Assembly (NCBI RefSeq): GCF_000143415.4
Contig: NW_003314308.1
Location: 1,399,350 to 1,463,349 of the forward strand
DNA from: Selaginella moellendorffii
Lineage: Eukaryota > Plantae > Lycopodiophyta
Direction of reading: 5' to 3'
DNA: 64,000 nucleotides
Shown: piece after piece, positions 1 to 15,325 of the stretch
How the letters are laid out: every line of letters begins with the position of its first letter
Position numbering within the stretch: position 1 is the first letter of the stretch
Translations under genes and position numbers: made by a program
Notes under the pieces: model-generated
The model's input: only the letters and a program-made list of their open reading frames with translations
Told to the model about the DNA's origin: nothing
The model's database searches: none

Positions 1-3000
1 AAATGCCGAAGCTAGAGACGACCACTGCGTGTCCATCGACGTCTCCTGGATTACGACCGAGCTCTCGACGATCTTTCCCAGGAACGCGTGCATGGGATAG
101 TTCAACTGGGCTCCAACTCGGTGGGATAAGAGCGAGGGAACCGAGAGCTTCTGGTGGAAAGATGCCGAGCTCGTCACATTCTCTTCGAGAAGCAACTGGA
201 AGACGATGTTGAGCGGCCTGTTGTCCATGACTCCCTGCCCGAGGCCTCGACCATCGTCTTGAGTGAGCCGTCTATCCAGCATCACTTCCAGCCAGCCGGT
301 CTGTAAGCTGGCAACTCCGAGAGCCTGGCGGCTATGGACCGAGAAGCGCTTGCCCCGAGAGTCCTGGACGAAGGCCAGCGACGGCATTGGATAGTAGTTC
401 CCTTGCAGCGGGATCTTGTCGTAAGTTTCTCGCCTGATGGTCTGGAAGCCGTTCAAGTCCGAGTGGAAAACTCTGCCACTGTCGATGCCGGTCTTGAAGC
501 GCGCTATGATCTCCTTGTTGTTGAAGCGGTGATCTAGAAGAGCTACGTGATAGTTAATCTCCACGCTCAAGGCCTGGACGGATTTTCTTCCCGTGGCTCC
601 GCTGTGATAAAGTCTGGCACTTCTCGAGAGCTCGCCGCCTCCAATGCTGGTCTTCAAGACCACATGAACTTCTTGCATCGCTCGGCCTTCTGTGACGAGC
701 ACCAGGCCTCCAGCTTGTACAAGAGACTTTGCTTCGCCGTCGGGCAAGAAGAGATAAGCACCGCTCCCGGCGCTCGAGTAGTAAGCAACGTCCTCCTCGA
801 CAGCAACCAAGGTTGACGGAGAGGCCGCCTTGGAGATCTGGATCGAGCGTAACATCCCGGTGGTGGAATCGAATCCCAGCGTCTGGAAGCCGTTGGTGAT
901 CTCGAGGGTCTCCACAGTCTCGAGCGAGCAGGAGTAGCCGTTGGGACAAGAGAACTTGTCGTCCGAGTTGAAAACTCTGATCCGGGCAGGCACTGCTCGC
1001 TTGCACGACGAACCATCTGCGACGCCTTCGGCCGAGCTGACGAAGAAAGTTGCGAGTCCCAAGGCAGGAACAAGAGCAGTCCAGTGCAAGCGATGCCTTC
1101 CGGTCGACAAGTTCGATCCTGTTTCATCCCATTCCGGAGAAATTTGGCTGTCAACCGAGGCCCAGCTTGGGCCGAACACACACACTGCCGGATCGTCGAC
1201 CACCACCATCACCACATGCTCCACCGCTTCCTCGAGAGGATTGAAGAAGACCACTCGACGAGCTTGGCCGCTCGCGAGTCTGACGGATTTCTTCACCGCT
1301 AGCATGTTAAACTTGGAGCGAGATTCCTCCGGCTCGTACCACTGCCGGAAGTTCTCGCTCTTGCACTGCTGCTGGAGAAGTAGCGCTTCGACACTGGCAG
1401 CCATGAAGGCCTGGAGCTCCACCAGCGACGTGTGCATCCGCGTTCCATAATCTTCCACAACGTGATCCCTCGCGGTGCCCGTGACTCCGTCGTGGTGCTG
1501 AAAGAGCGCGAGGTTCTGGCTAGCGGAGACGATGGCGTTGCTGTACGACGCTGGAAACGAGGAGGTGTCCTTCGGCCGGCACTTCGCGTGAGTGAAAACG
1601 TACAGAATGTTGGCAGCTCGGAGTGTGTGCTCGAGGACACGATCCACGGCCTTGTAAAACGGTCTTGATACGTAATAGCCACTCCAGTAGTCGTGCATTC
1701 TATCAGCATACGTGAAGAAGTCCCCAGAGAGCGAAGGGAAGCCCGGAACTTCGTCTTCGTTGGCCCTCGAGCTCGACTTTGTGCTTCTGGCAACCTCGTC
1801 TCGGAGCGTAGAGAAGTAATCCTCCAGAGTTCCAAACTGGACGCTAGCCTTGAGCTCCGGGTGAGCGCTGATATAGTCGAAGATGACCTGGTAGTTCGTG
1901 AACTGGAGCTCGGCCTCCTGCGGGGTCACGTACCGGAAGTCGTCACCCAGCGGCACCAGCAAAGTGTTGCTTCGATACAGCGTCGACTTCTTCCTGTACT
2001 GATCGAGCAGCAGCATCGCTCGCTCCCTCACGTTTCCTTCGTTGATCTCTTCCGGATTGTATCCCCAGGGACACCGCTGTGCCTGTCCAACTCTCACAAG
2101 CCTCCAGTAGTCGAACTGGCAGCACACAGCCGGCTCCGGGCCGCAGGTGTGAGGAATGTCGTAAGAATAGAACGGCATCATGTGGCAAAAGATGGCGGTG
2201 GAGTTTGCGGAATCCCAGCCTTGTCTCCACATGAACTCGAGGCTTTGCCGCTGAGCGAGCTCCTTCTTTACCTCGTAGTGTGTTCGCTGGATAAGCATGT
2301 TGGCGAATCCCATTCTCCGCAAGAGATACGCCATGGTGGCCGAGTGACCGAATGGATCAATCGCCCAAGCGTTCCTTGGAGTGACCCCGATGGTATCACG
2401 AAGCCAGAGGTTCCCTGCGGTTATCTGGAAGCCATGACCGAGGTTACTACCGAGTGCCAAAAGTTTGGATGCTTGCTTGTACGTACCTGTTCGATGATCG
2501 CGAAATGGTGTGAGTTCGCCTGGAGAGCAAGTTCTTACAAGTTCTTAGATGATTTACGTTCTTAGTTCTTAGCTCTCGTACCTCGTCGTTCATCACCCAG
2601 CCTCCTCCCACAACTTCGAGCTGTCCACTCTTGACTAGGCGGATGAAATCCTGCTTCTCCGAGTCCGAGGCGTCTTGCCACCAGCGATGGAGGTAGGACA
2701 TCTCCTCCCAGATGAACTTACGTCGAGGATCCTGAGCACGAGAGGAGACGATCAGGGAAGTTTTTCTAAAACTAAAAGTTTGATGCTCAAAGTTTGTCTA
2801 GGTAGAACTAAAAGTGTGAAGCTCGAGTACCTTGCGAAGAGCTCCAACCACAGTCGAAAGTATGTGTTTCGTGCGCTCCTGGTAGTACTCCTCCACCGTG
2901 CGAAGCCACCCTGGATCGTTGTGAGAGTGAGGCACCACAAACACCTTGAGCTTCTCGCGATTCCACTCGTCACCGCGGTACTTCACTGCCCATCCCTGCG

Positions 3001-3322
3001 TCCACGCGCCACCGTCCTTGTTCTCGAAGGCTATGGCGTCGTAGAGCTCCTTGGTGCTTATGTCCATCACCGCTTCCAATTGCACCCTCGAGGGACTGAG
3101 ATCGCGGGCGCCGCGGCGAATCATCGGCATTCCCGGCATCGAGACGATTGGGTCGGCGCTCCAGCTGTAGATCGCCATACCTACAACCAGGAGCAGCAGC
3201 GCGAGCACGATCCCTCCACGAACCCCGCAATCCAAAATCTCGTAGACGAGCCTGTGCCGCCTCTGGATCACTCTCACCTTGCGGCGGCCGCTGCTCGATC
3301 CCGAGGAGGACGATGCCGCCAT
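1..3322 (-). CDS. GMII: Golgi alpha-mannosidase II (GH38), multi-exon, 3' end runs off the window
   Basis: ATG at 3322 (the ORF-track start 3352 is GTG). N-terminal TM anchor, then DGGAWTQGW, VFVVPHSHNDPGW and LEVVGGGWVMNDE motifs, with short GT-AG introns. Confidence 0.95.
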
Positions 3323-3657
3323 CGCGCCGGCGAGGGTGGACGAACTATCCACTTCTCTTCTCGCTCGCTTTTAGAACATCCTCTATAGTAAAATAAACAA
3401 AACAATGTAGGACACGCGGCCGTACGCCGTGCATCCGGGAGGGGTACGGAAAGGGGAATGGTTGGCTATGGTGGGTGACTGCGCAAGAACGAGGGTTTGA
3501 TAGGGGAGGCGCTGTGGCCGCGGCGCTAGGGTGCGCGTATTGGGAACGCCGCGATGGCGATGGCGTAGCAGCAGCGCAGCAGCAGCGGCGCGGAATCATG
3601 CTTGTAAGGCGCTAGGGAGATCTCCTGTGGCCAGATTCTCCCCCAATCCAGTGAGCC

Positions 3658-5811
<2,154 letters not shown>

Positions 5812-6087
5812 CATCGAGTAAGTTTTCCCCCCGCCACCTTGTTTCATTTCCTCCATGGCTTTGGCTTTCTCACGCGAGACAAAAGCAAGCTTCCGCCGCC
5901 GCTGCTGCTACCGTCGTGATTCTTTCATTAACAGGAGTCCATGCTTACGTACGTAATGTGACTCGTCTCATCGGGAAGCTTGAGCTCTTGTCTCGACGCG
6001 TTCACTTTGTTCCGGGATTAACTTATCAGTGGTTTTGCGAAAGAGAGATGGATCATCGCAGCGCCGAGAGGGAGCGCGTCAAACTTC

Positions 6088-6893
6088 GTGCTGTGGCCAT
6101 CGGAGCACCGTCCGGGACGCCAGTTGCAAGGGATGGAGGAGGAGGAGGGCAGCGTTCGAGCTCCTCATTTCTCGCGGTGCCTGGGAAGCGCGGTGGGATT
6201 CCGGACGAGGTGTGGAGACCCGGTAGTGATCGTCTTCGTGGCCCGCAAAGTCCATGCGAAATGGTTGTCGCAGGATCAAGGTCCTCTCGATCGTTTGGAT
6301 CGATCCTCGCTCGCATTCTTGCTTGCTCGTCTAGGATCAATCCTTCTTCCAGGATTGATGCTTATGGTGCGATGATGTGGTAAGCGTATGGAACGCTCAC
6401 TGCTCGAGTAAGATTGGAGAGGGTTTCTCACAAACCGGCACGTCGTGGACATGAGCTTGCCCAGCCAGAAGCTCTACCACCCGAGCTTGGGGCCGGGCTT
6501 TACCTCCGCTCGGTGGAGAGGGCCGCGTCCTTCGTGCCCGGGGATCAATCTACGCCAGCACCAGTAACGTAGTTCTTCTCTTGCGATCTAGAGGCATTCG
6601 TGAGAGCCGATCGTTCCATTCGTGGGCATCTTCGATTGGAGCCAGCTGAGCACCGAGAGCGGAGGCCATGGAGGTGAATCTCGAGATCGGCGTGGAGAGC
6701 TGGGGAGGACCTCCGGCGTCACGCACGGTCATGGCCTACATCCTCATCGTCGGCGATGGTAACATCCAGGAGCTCCCCTTCGACATCGATGGCGATATGT
6801 GCGACGAATGCCATGGGGACGATATGGGGCGGCACGGCCAACGGGCGGGGTGGATCTGCGGCGGCTGCTCGAGCTCCTCCACCTGAAGATCAG
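6088..6893 (+). pseudogene. Degenerate NARROW LEAF 1-like trypsin-type serine protease
   Basis: Ordered fragments in shifting frames: LGSAVGFR..IVFVARKVH, YGTL, GFLTNRHV, VERAASF, AFVRAD, TVMAY, FDIDGD, IWGGTAN, GVDLRRLLELL. Frameshifts and deletions; catalytic GDSG reads GDMC. Confidence 0.8.
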
Positions 6894-6958
6894 CGCTTCC
6901 CAAGGAAGAACCCTAATTCTGTCTAAGAGTTTTGTATATTTAGGGCAAAGAAGGAGCT

Positions 6959-8862
6959 ATGGCTGCGATGGCGCAGCAAGCGGGAGGAGGTGATGGAGCC
7001 GGCACTGGTGGTGGCGGCGGTGGCGGCGGCGGTGGCGGTGCCGGGCCACGGAAGACGAGCGTCTCGTTCGGATCGCTCATGCCATTCCTCCAGACGCTTG
7101 TGGCGCCGGAGCAAAATCTCCAGCTCGTGGCGCTCTATGCGAAGATGAAGGTGTGTTCTTTCGCCGCTTTCTAGCTCCACTTGTCTTGATCGCCCTCCAC
7201 CACACCACAGGAGGAGAAGATCTCCCGCGAGGATTTCGTGAGGGGAGCTCGCGTCGTCGCGGGAGAGAAGGTGATTCTGGAAGCTCTCAGTCGGATGAAC
7301 TCGAGGGTATGGTGCACGAGAATTTCTACTCGATCGACCCGCGAATTTTTTCATTTTTGTGTCGCCAATGTAGCCTCCACAGGCGCTACACCCAGAACAA
7401 CCCCCAGCGCTTGGTGATGGATCATCACAGCAGCCACCATTTACTCCACCAGAACGAAAGCAGCTCGTGAGGAAAGCTTCTGATATGGCCATGACGTCGG
7501 GCGGACAAGCCAGGTTCCAAATTTGTTTTCTTCCCTCCTTTTGCTCGATCTCACGAGCTTTTGCAGTAAGAAACAAAAGGCTGATCCGGTCCAAAGCCTT
7601 GAGCAGATCAACGATGTAACTGCTGTTGGTGGCGTCAACTTGAAAGTAGAGTTTCTTTTCTTGCTCGCGTTTCGGTTTTCTTACTCTTTTGATTTCAGGA
7701 AGAAGAAGAGCGCTTGCTCACTGCTCCGAGAGAAGAAAGCCGGACTACACCTGAGATGCGAAGGAAGTTTATGGAGGAGGAAGGCCGATTTTTCTTGGAG
7801 AAAGGTCCACTACATACTAAAGTACAAGAAATTGGTATAAAGATTTTGGAGCCATATCGGTGATGCCATTGGTGCCTCTACTTGCAGCCGCGAAACATGG
7901 ACTCAAAAGCATCAGTGAGGACGTGGAGCGTTGCTTGTCGATGGTAAGCGTCCCCGTCGTGAAAATTGAGCTTATAGTTTGTGATCCAGAGTGCGGAGGA
8001 ATTGTTGTGGGGCTTTCTTCTCAAAACCATCAAAGTGTCCAAGCAGGTACCAGTTTTGCAAACTTCATTTTCAAGTCTCACTGCCCCGCTTCCAGAGATG
8101 CGACGTTGAAAAGGAACGGCACAGGGTTATGGCGACGCTAGATTTTCAGAAGCAAATCACGGCCATGAGGAAAGAGCAACGGGAATTTCGGCAAAGAAAG
8201 CAAGCCGAAGAAGCCGAGAGATTACGCAAGCTCAACGAGGTTAATGCATCACTCTTTTGAGTGATCCAAGCCCCAAGTTAACTTGTGTCGTGCAGGAGAA
8301 AGGACCACAAGCAACTGAAGAATCAACTCCAAAATCTCAAAAGGTGAGCACGCTCATGTATGCTTATTTATTTTTTCCTGATGCTTCCAGTGTGTGCCAG
8401 GCACAACAACAAAACGATGACAAGTTGAGAACCACGGCGGCAAACATTGCAGCTCGCAAGGCTGTGGGAGCCGACGACGTGCTCTCCAAGTGGATGCTAA
8501 TGGCCGAACAGAGACAGCAAAAGCAAGCAGCTGCTGGTAAGCTCTTGCAAGTTTGGAAAGCGGAAAAGAATACTTCGTGAGCTTGTAGATGGCTGGGGAA
8601 ACGCAGGAACACCAGTTGCCGGCAAGCAGCAGTTCGGTGGTAAGCTCGTTTCCGAGCGATGATGCGTTCCTGACAAACTTTCTTGATAGCTGCGACGCCT
8701 CGAGTGAATGCCCGGCGCTCTGCTCTACCTCAAGCCACCAGAGCTCGGTCGATCATACTCCGGGACCTGGTGGCCTGCCTGGAGAGGGAGCCGGGCATGT
8801 CGACGTCCCCTCTCCTGTACAGATTCTACGAGCGATTGTCGAGCGAGGAGGTGAATTACTAG
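6959..8862 (+). CDS. TAF4: TFIID subunit 4 (RST + TAF4 domains), multi-exon
   Basis: RST-like VSFGSLMPFLQ...KISREDFVR, then SLEQINDVTAVGGVNLKEEEE, LRTTAANIAARKAVG and RDLVACLEREP..SPLLYRFY. TAG at 8860-8862. Confidence 0.9.
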
Positions 8863-9738
8863 AGGAGCACACATTCTAACACTTGCGAGAGATCGAGAGC
8901 GTCATTTCTCTCCAGGAAAATGGGCCAAGCCTGCGTTTTTGCGGTGTTCGTGGCAGGCAAACAAGAGATCTTCAATGTTGACTTGAGGATAGGTCCCGGG
9001 ATCGATACCCGGCAAGAGAGGAATTTGGCCCGCCGCATGTCATGTCATGTCATAACAGACCTCGTAACGCCACCTAATCACACGAACGACCAAAAAAGAA
9101 AATCCCCCCAATTTATTTCTCGAAAACAAATAACCCCAAAATAGGCCCCCGGCGCCGCCGCCGTCCGATGCGGGCGGCGATCCGACGGCCCGGACCCCAG
9201 GCACCGCCATTCAATCTGGTTTGCGCAAAGAAAGAAAGAAGAAGAAAAGAAAAAACTCACGCCGAGAAACACACCACGCCGGTGGTGGTGTTTGTGTAGT
9301 ACCATATCATATCGTTAATGCCTGGCATTTGTTCCTTGTTGCGAGATCATCACATAAGCAAGAACATCCCAAAAAAAAAAGGAAAAAATTTACCAAGGGT
9401 ACGTTCTCCTCCTCCTCCTTGTTCTTCATCTTTGTTTAGCTCTCTCTCATTCTCAATCAATCAAGCATGCTTATAGCTCTAGCTCCAGCTCTTCCAGCTA
9501 CATTGGGCGAGCTCGGCTATGGTGCTGCCTGGTTTGCATTTGCATGCAGCATCATTTGCTAGGCTTGCATGTATCTTGCTCGCCGTCGCCTTGTCTCACC
9601 TAGACTGGAATTTTCGACTGTTCCAGGTGTTGGGCTGCTGAGTGTGGCGGCTGCCGGTCTTGGGTTGCCCTCTTTTCCGGGGGCAAGGCTCCCCCTTTCT
9701 TTATTCTTGTTGGTCTCCTCTTCTCGGGAAAAGAGAAG

Positions 9739-11650
9739 ATGCCCGATGATCACCAGAGCTCCGGGCTTGCTGACGCTGCCGCCACCACCGCCACCACCGC
9801 CGCCAGCGAACACCACCACTCGCCGCAAACTCCTCCTCCTCCTCCGCTCACTTCTCCATCGCCAGAGCACAGCAACAACAACAACGGTGGTCATGCACAA
9901 GCTCCCACAAGCTCGGAAGTCCACCACGCGCTCCTAGCCGCGGCCGCCGCCAGCGCCACCGCGCCGCCTCGCTCCTCGGAGATGCTCAATCTCCCCCGAG
10001 ACTTCCTGTCCCTCCGCCCGCAAGAGCCGCCACCCCTCTCACACTCGCGGCTTGTTCCAAAGTTCGAGACCAAAGACGCGCCTTTGATCACGGTACAAAT
10101 GGCGTCTCCTCCCCACAACTACAAATGCACCTCGATCACCACCACCACTAGCACGACTAGCACTGCCACTCCAGTCTTCTCGGCCGGTTACCCGCGAGCT
10201 CTAGCTTCTCACGAGGAGGTCTTGCGAGACAAGGAGCTCTTCCTCGACACGCTCCGGAGGCTCCACGGGAGCATGGGATTCAAGTCATTGACGTACGTAA
10301 GTAGACACTATGGTTGTCTCTCCCGCTCTCTTTTTGGTTTCTCTTTGGTTTCTCGATCGATCGATTGAACTCCTTTGACCGTTTGATGGATGGATGGGAA
10401 CTTTTTCTTCAGGATACCAACAATTGGAGGAACTCAGCTGGATTTGCACCTCTTGTACAGGGAAGTCACGGCCCGCGGAGGATTGCACCAGGTTGGTGGA
10501 GCGAAATTCTTGTTTCTTTGGCACAGGCACTCACTTCGCTCGTTGCTCGCAGGTGATCAAGGATAGGATCTGGAAGGAAATAAAAGCGGTGTTCCATTTC
10601 CCACCGACGACCACCAATGCGTCGTATGTTCTTCGGAAGTATTACTCGAGCCTTCTCCACCACTACGAGCAGGTCTACTTCTTCCGGAATCAGGGAGCTG
10701 TCGTATCTGCGCCCGGTTAGCTTTCTCTATCCGGAATTCATTCATTCCTTTTGCCTCGTTTTCTTCTTTTCTTTTCCTTCCTTTGACTGACTTGGAGTCA
10801 GGTCTTGTCTCTCCAGGCGATGCAGATGCTGCTGCTGATCCAGGTAGAAGAAAGGCAAAACAAAAACTTTACTCACAATACTTTGGTTGCTCTAAACAAA
10901 GTTATCTTTTTTTGTTCCTCGCAGGGAATGCCACCACGAACTGTATCGGTCAGACCGTGACAGGATCAATCGTTGGCAAGTTCGAGCATGGCTACCTCGT
11001 CAGTGTCACCGTCGGCAGCGAGGCGCTCAAAGGCGTCCTGTACAACGTCCCACCCGGCGAGTACGTGCCACAGTTCACGACCACGTCCAAGCTCCCGACT
11101 TCCAACGGAGCTCAGCTGTCCGAGTGCGTGAATGCTGATGGAGAGCTCCGGCGCAAGAGGAGGAGGAGGCTGGGATTGAGAAAAAAGGATCCCAACGCTC
11201 CAAAGCTCAACCGGAGTGCCTACAACTTCTTCTTTGCGGAGCAGAGAGCACGGATAAGGCTGTTGCAGCCCAACCGGGAGATCAGCAGGATGATTGGAGA
11301 TTCGTGGAGCAAACTAACTGACGAGCAGCGACTGGTAACAGCACAAAGTTCTCTTCTCTCTCGTTTTTTTTCTTGGTTTTCACATCAGTGACACCCTCTG
11401 GCAGCCTTACAAAGAGCGTGGACTCGTGGACAAGGAGCGGTATCGGAAAGAGATAAAGCAGTACCGGGAGAAGATGCGGGGATTGAAGGACGTGGACATG
11501 GAAGGCACGACTGAAGAAGCTCACGAGGAGGAGGACGTAAGCGATGATCCAGAGCAGGAGGTGGAGACGGAAGACAATGGCGTTCCGGCTGACGAAGAGC
11601 AGCGTGAGACTCTCGAGTTTAAGTCCATCCTCTCGGCTCAGGCCTCCTAA
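9739..11650 (+). CDS. ARID-HMG box protein (HMGB9/15-like), multi-exon
   Basis: ARID motif FPPTTTNASYVLRKYY, central VTGSIVGKFEHGYLVSV, HMG box KDPNAPKLNRSAYNFFF and an acidic tail. Confidence 0.92.
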
Positions 11651-12198
11651 CTCTTTAGCTCGTCACTCACTCACTCACCTCTTTAGTGTTGATGATCATG
11701 TACATTGCCTCACATCTCTCACAATTGTTGTCTAACATGGATAGATCGATTCGCAGCTCCTTTTTCTACTTGCAGCGTAGTAAATCTTAATCTTTGGTGT
11801 ATGCCATGATCGTAAATCCAGAAGATCCGCCAGGAAGATGATGGGAAAAGAGGGGCGACGGGGACAAATTGTTTTCTTCTTCTTATTTCTGTGTCTAAAA
11901 AGCAGTGTTTTCTGGCAAGCCAGGACGATATCCGATGGTTTCCAAGCTTTACAGAGAAACAAACCATCCAACCCAGCAGATTTCTAGTCTCCATCTCATC
12001 AACCTTATCACCAAACTGAATCAAGTCTTGTTAGAGACGAACAAAACAAATCCATGGCCGGTGTGGGGAGCTGTTTTCCTGCAACACGGCACTGCCATCT
12101 TCGAGGGACCACGCCAATAATATCTCGGACTTTAAAATGTTTGAAGCTCGATCGCAATGTAGCTATAGTTGTGTTTGTATCAAGTCGAGTGAGGAAGC

Positions 12199-14560
12199 AT
12201 GGCGCCCCCAGCTGCGAGCCTCGATGGTCTGCCAACTTCCACGCTTGCTCATCCCTTGCTCCAAGGAGGCCGCCCTCCTTATGCCCACAAGTTCTCCAAG
12301 GCGCAACTGGAAGCACTCGAGGCCCTGTGCTCTACATTCGTTCCGCAGGTTTCGTCCCCCGATGGCAGCCACAGAGAGTTTTACGAGCTCTCTGGGGAGG
12401 CAGACGCAGAGATGGTGAGCAGGCCGAGCTAGAAAAGCAAAAAAGATGGCTTTGCTTGCGTTTGTTTGTAGGTGGCGGGGAGGATGACACAGTTTATCCA
12501 TCCCAAGCTTTTGAGGAGAGCCGAGGAGGTGCTGGGCATGCTCTCCACGCCCAAGTCCACTCCGCAGTACCCCTACGACAAGAAGTTCAGTGAGGTGCCG
12601 CTCGAGGAGCGAGAGAAACTTATGTACCAGTGGGCCAACAGCGACGACGACGATTCCCGTCTCAACTTCAAGATCTTCAAGACGTTCATCCTCAACACTG
12701 TCTATAGCAAGGTGCCATGGTTTAAAAAGACGCTCTCTATATCAAGACATTGTACCTCTTGGCTTGCAGGTGGATGCTAAGGGCTACAACCCGACCTGGG
12801 AAGCCATCGGCTATGCGGGACCGGATCCAAACTCCATGAAAGCAACGTTGCCTCCAAAGCCGTCAGCTCTCAAGTCCGCCGTCTTCGACGTCAGAGAGCA
12901 CCCCGACCTGCGAGGAGTCCTCAAGCACACGGGTTACACTCTACTGGATGACATATCTCACCTCAAGCCGGCGCTCCTGCCTTCCAACAAGCTCGAGGAC
13001 GGAGAGGACGTGATTGGCATCAAATGCGACGTGATCATTGTTGGAGCTGGCAGCGGAGGAAGCGTTCCAGCTCAGGTCCTGTCCACTGCCGGCCTCAAAG
13101 TTTTGCTGCTGGAAAAAGGCCGCTACTTTGCGAGAGAAGATCTGTCCCTGCTCGAGCAACCGACTTTCAGCGAGCTCTACGAAGAAGGCGGATTTCTGGC
13201 AACTGACGACGTTGCTTACTCGCTCATGTCCGCTGCGGTGGTGGGAGGCGGAACTTGCATCAACTGGGCGGCATCCTTCCAGACTCCGCCTCACGTCCGC
13301 CAGGAATGGGCCGAGGAGTGTGGACTTCCCATGTTTACCAGCGAAAAGTACCAGCAAGCTCTGGATCTCATCTGCAAGAAGATCGGTGTTCAGCCCAATG
13401 CAACAGTGGAAAGCTTCCAGAATGCAGTCCTGCGCAAGGGATGCGTGGAGCTTGGCCTCCACAGCGCAAATATACCGAGAAACGCGAGCCCGGAACACTA
13501 TTGCGGCTGCTGTAACATGGGATGCCGACGGGGTATGAAGCAAGCGACCACCGAGACTTGGCTGGTGGAAGCAGCGGCAGCGGGAGCGACCATCCTCACG
13601 GGAACAAAAGGCTTGCAAGTGCTATTCACGGACGGGACCAAGAAGGAGAAGAAAGCCATCGGTGTGTTGGCCACCACCTTGGGTGACCAGCCAAAGAAGT
13701 TGATCATCGAGGCCAAAGCGACCATCGTGTCCACCGGCTCTATCATGACACCACCGCTGCTCATCAGGAGTGGACTCACGAATCCAAACATTGGGAAACA
13801 CTTCCACATCCATCCGGTGCTGGGAGTGTGGGGATACTTCCCGGACGAGGAGAAGAACCCGGGAGCTAGCTTCGAAGGAGGGATCATGACGGCCTTTAGC
13901 GCGGTGAGCGCACGCTGGGACACAGTCGGCTATGGTCCGGTGCTCATGACACCGAGCTTCCACCCCGGACAGTACGCTTCGGTGGTAACTTGGAAATCTG
14001 GAGCTCAGCACAAGGAGGCAATGCGGAGGTTCAGACGAGTCTCTCAGGTGGTGCTCTTCACTCGTGACAAAGGAGCTGGGAGTATCGGAGTGGACAAGAA
14101 GACGGACGAGATCACGATCGAGTATACTCTAGATCCATACGACGAGGAGGTTTGCCTGGAGGGAGCGGAGAAAGGACTTCGCGTGCTCAAGGCAGCGGGG
14201 GCAGTGGAAGTCGGGACGCACCACCACGACGCTGAAAGCTTCACGTTTGGCAAGTCGACAAGCTGGAAAGAAGAGAAGAAGCGATTCGAGGAGTACCTTG
14301 CGAGCGTGAGAAGCAAAGGGCTCAAGCCCAACCGGCTGCCAATGGTATCGTATCACTTGCTGGGATCGTGCCGGATGGGATCCAGCCCCGAGAACTCGGT
14401 GATTGATGCCAAAGGCGAGACTTGGGATGCTGAAGGCCTCTTCCTCACGGACGCCAGCGTCTTTCCCACACCCACTGGTCTCAACCCCATGGTCACTATC
14501 CAGTCCATCGCCTACTGCACTGCACAGAACGTTGTGGAGCATGTCAAGTCGTCCAAGTGA
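12199..14560 (+). CDS. FAO: Long-chain fatty alcohol oxidase (GMC oxidoreductase), 3 exons
   Basis: HPLLQGGR N-terminus, DVIIVGAGSGG FAD motif, HYCGCCNMGC, HLLGSCRMG and DASVFPTPTGLNPMVTI. Confidence 0.93.
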
Positions 14561-15293
14561 AAGAGCAGAGCTCTAAGCTCTAAGCAAAATCATACCAGAG
14601 TTTGTATTGTTTGTGAAGTACTGTGATGGAATAAGAACAGCGACGTATGCCTGTTTTACGAGAGGAGAAAGAAGATTTAGATTCTTCGTCCCAGCAAGAG
14701 ACAAACAGCTGCCAAGGAAAGATCAGCCACAAAACTGGCTTTGTCAATATTGCTCTAGAGACAAACAACTCCACCAAGAGAAAAAGAAATGCGTCCTAGT
14801 TGGATAGAGATGTCAGAGACTTACTTGGATAAGGCATCAGGACTGCAGCATCGTCCACAAAGCCAGTCTTTTGAGGACAAAATAAGTATTGCCCCACACT
14901 GGAAAACCAAGAAGGAAGCAGATCCCTGCTGGAAGGACAGGGACATCGAGAGAAAATGTGAGGTAGCCGGAGGTCGCTTTCCATCCACCCTAATAAAATC
15001 CCAAGAACCCTAAAAAGCAGCTATTTGCAAATTAGTGTAGACTTTACAATAAGTAAATGATTTTAACTCCAACACAAAAAGAAGTATAAAATTTGAGCTA
15101 AAAGAAATTCCCTAGGGGTAAATATCAGATTTTCAATCATGTGGAAAATGGGGCAAAATGTTTCTAGACAGTAGACAGGGCCCCATAGCTAACTGTTTAT
15201 GAGTAAAGATCCCTGGGCCGTGGATTCCTTTAGCACGTTCTCCCTCCTGGAAATTATAATGTTCCTTTAAATCTTTTTGAGTATGGTTCCCCA

Positions 15294-15325
15294 AGAACCC
15301 TAAAAGCAAGGAGTTTTAGGGTTCT
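15294..15325. promoter_or_regulatory. Perfect 12-bp inverted repeat of a telo-box-like motif abutting the rps10 ATG
   Basis: AGAACCCTAAAA-GCAAGGAG-TTTTAGGGTTCT followed directly by ATG 15326. A site II-like TGGGCC lies near 15214. Confidence 0.6.

Noticed and set aside
1693-3388. Long plus-strand ORFs (290 and 237 aa), and similar overlapping ORFs elsewhere such as 48209-49474 and 58594-59982
   Set aside because: Antisense or alternate-frame shadows of GC-rich genuine coding sequence.
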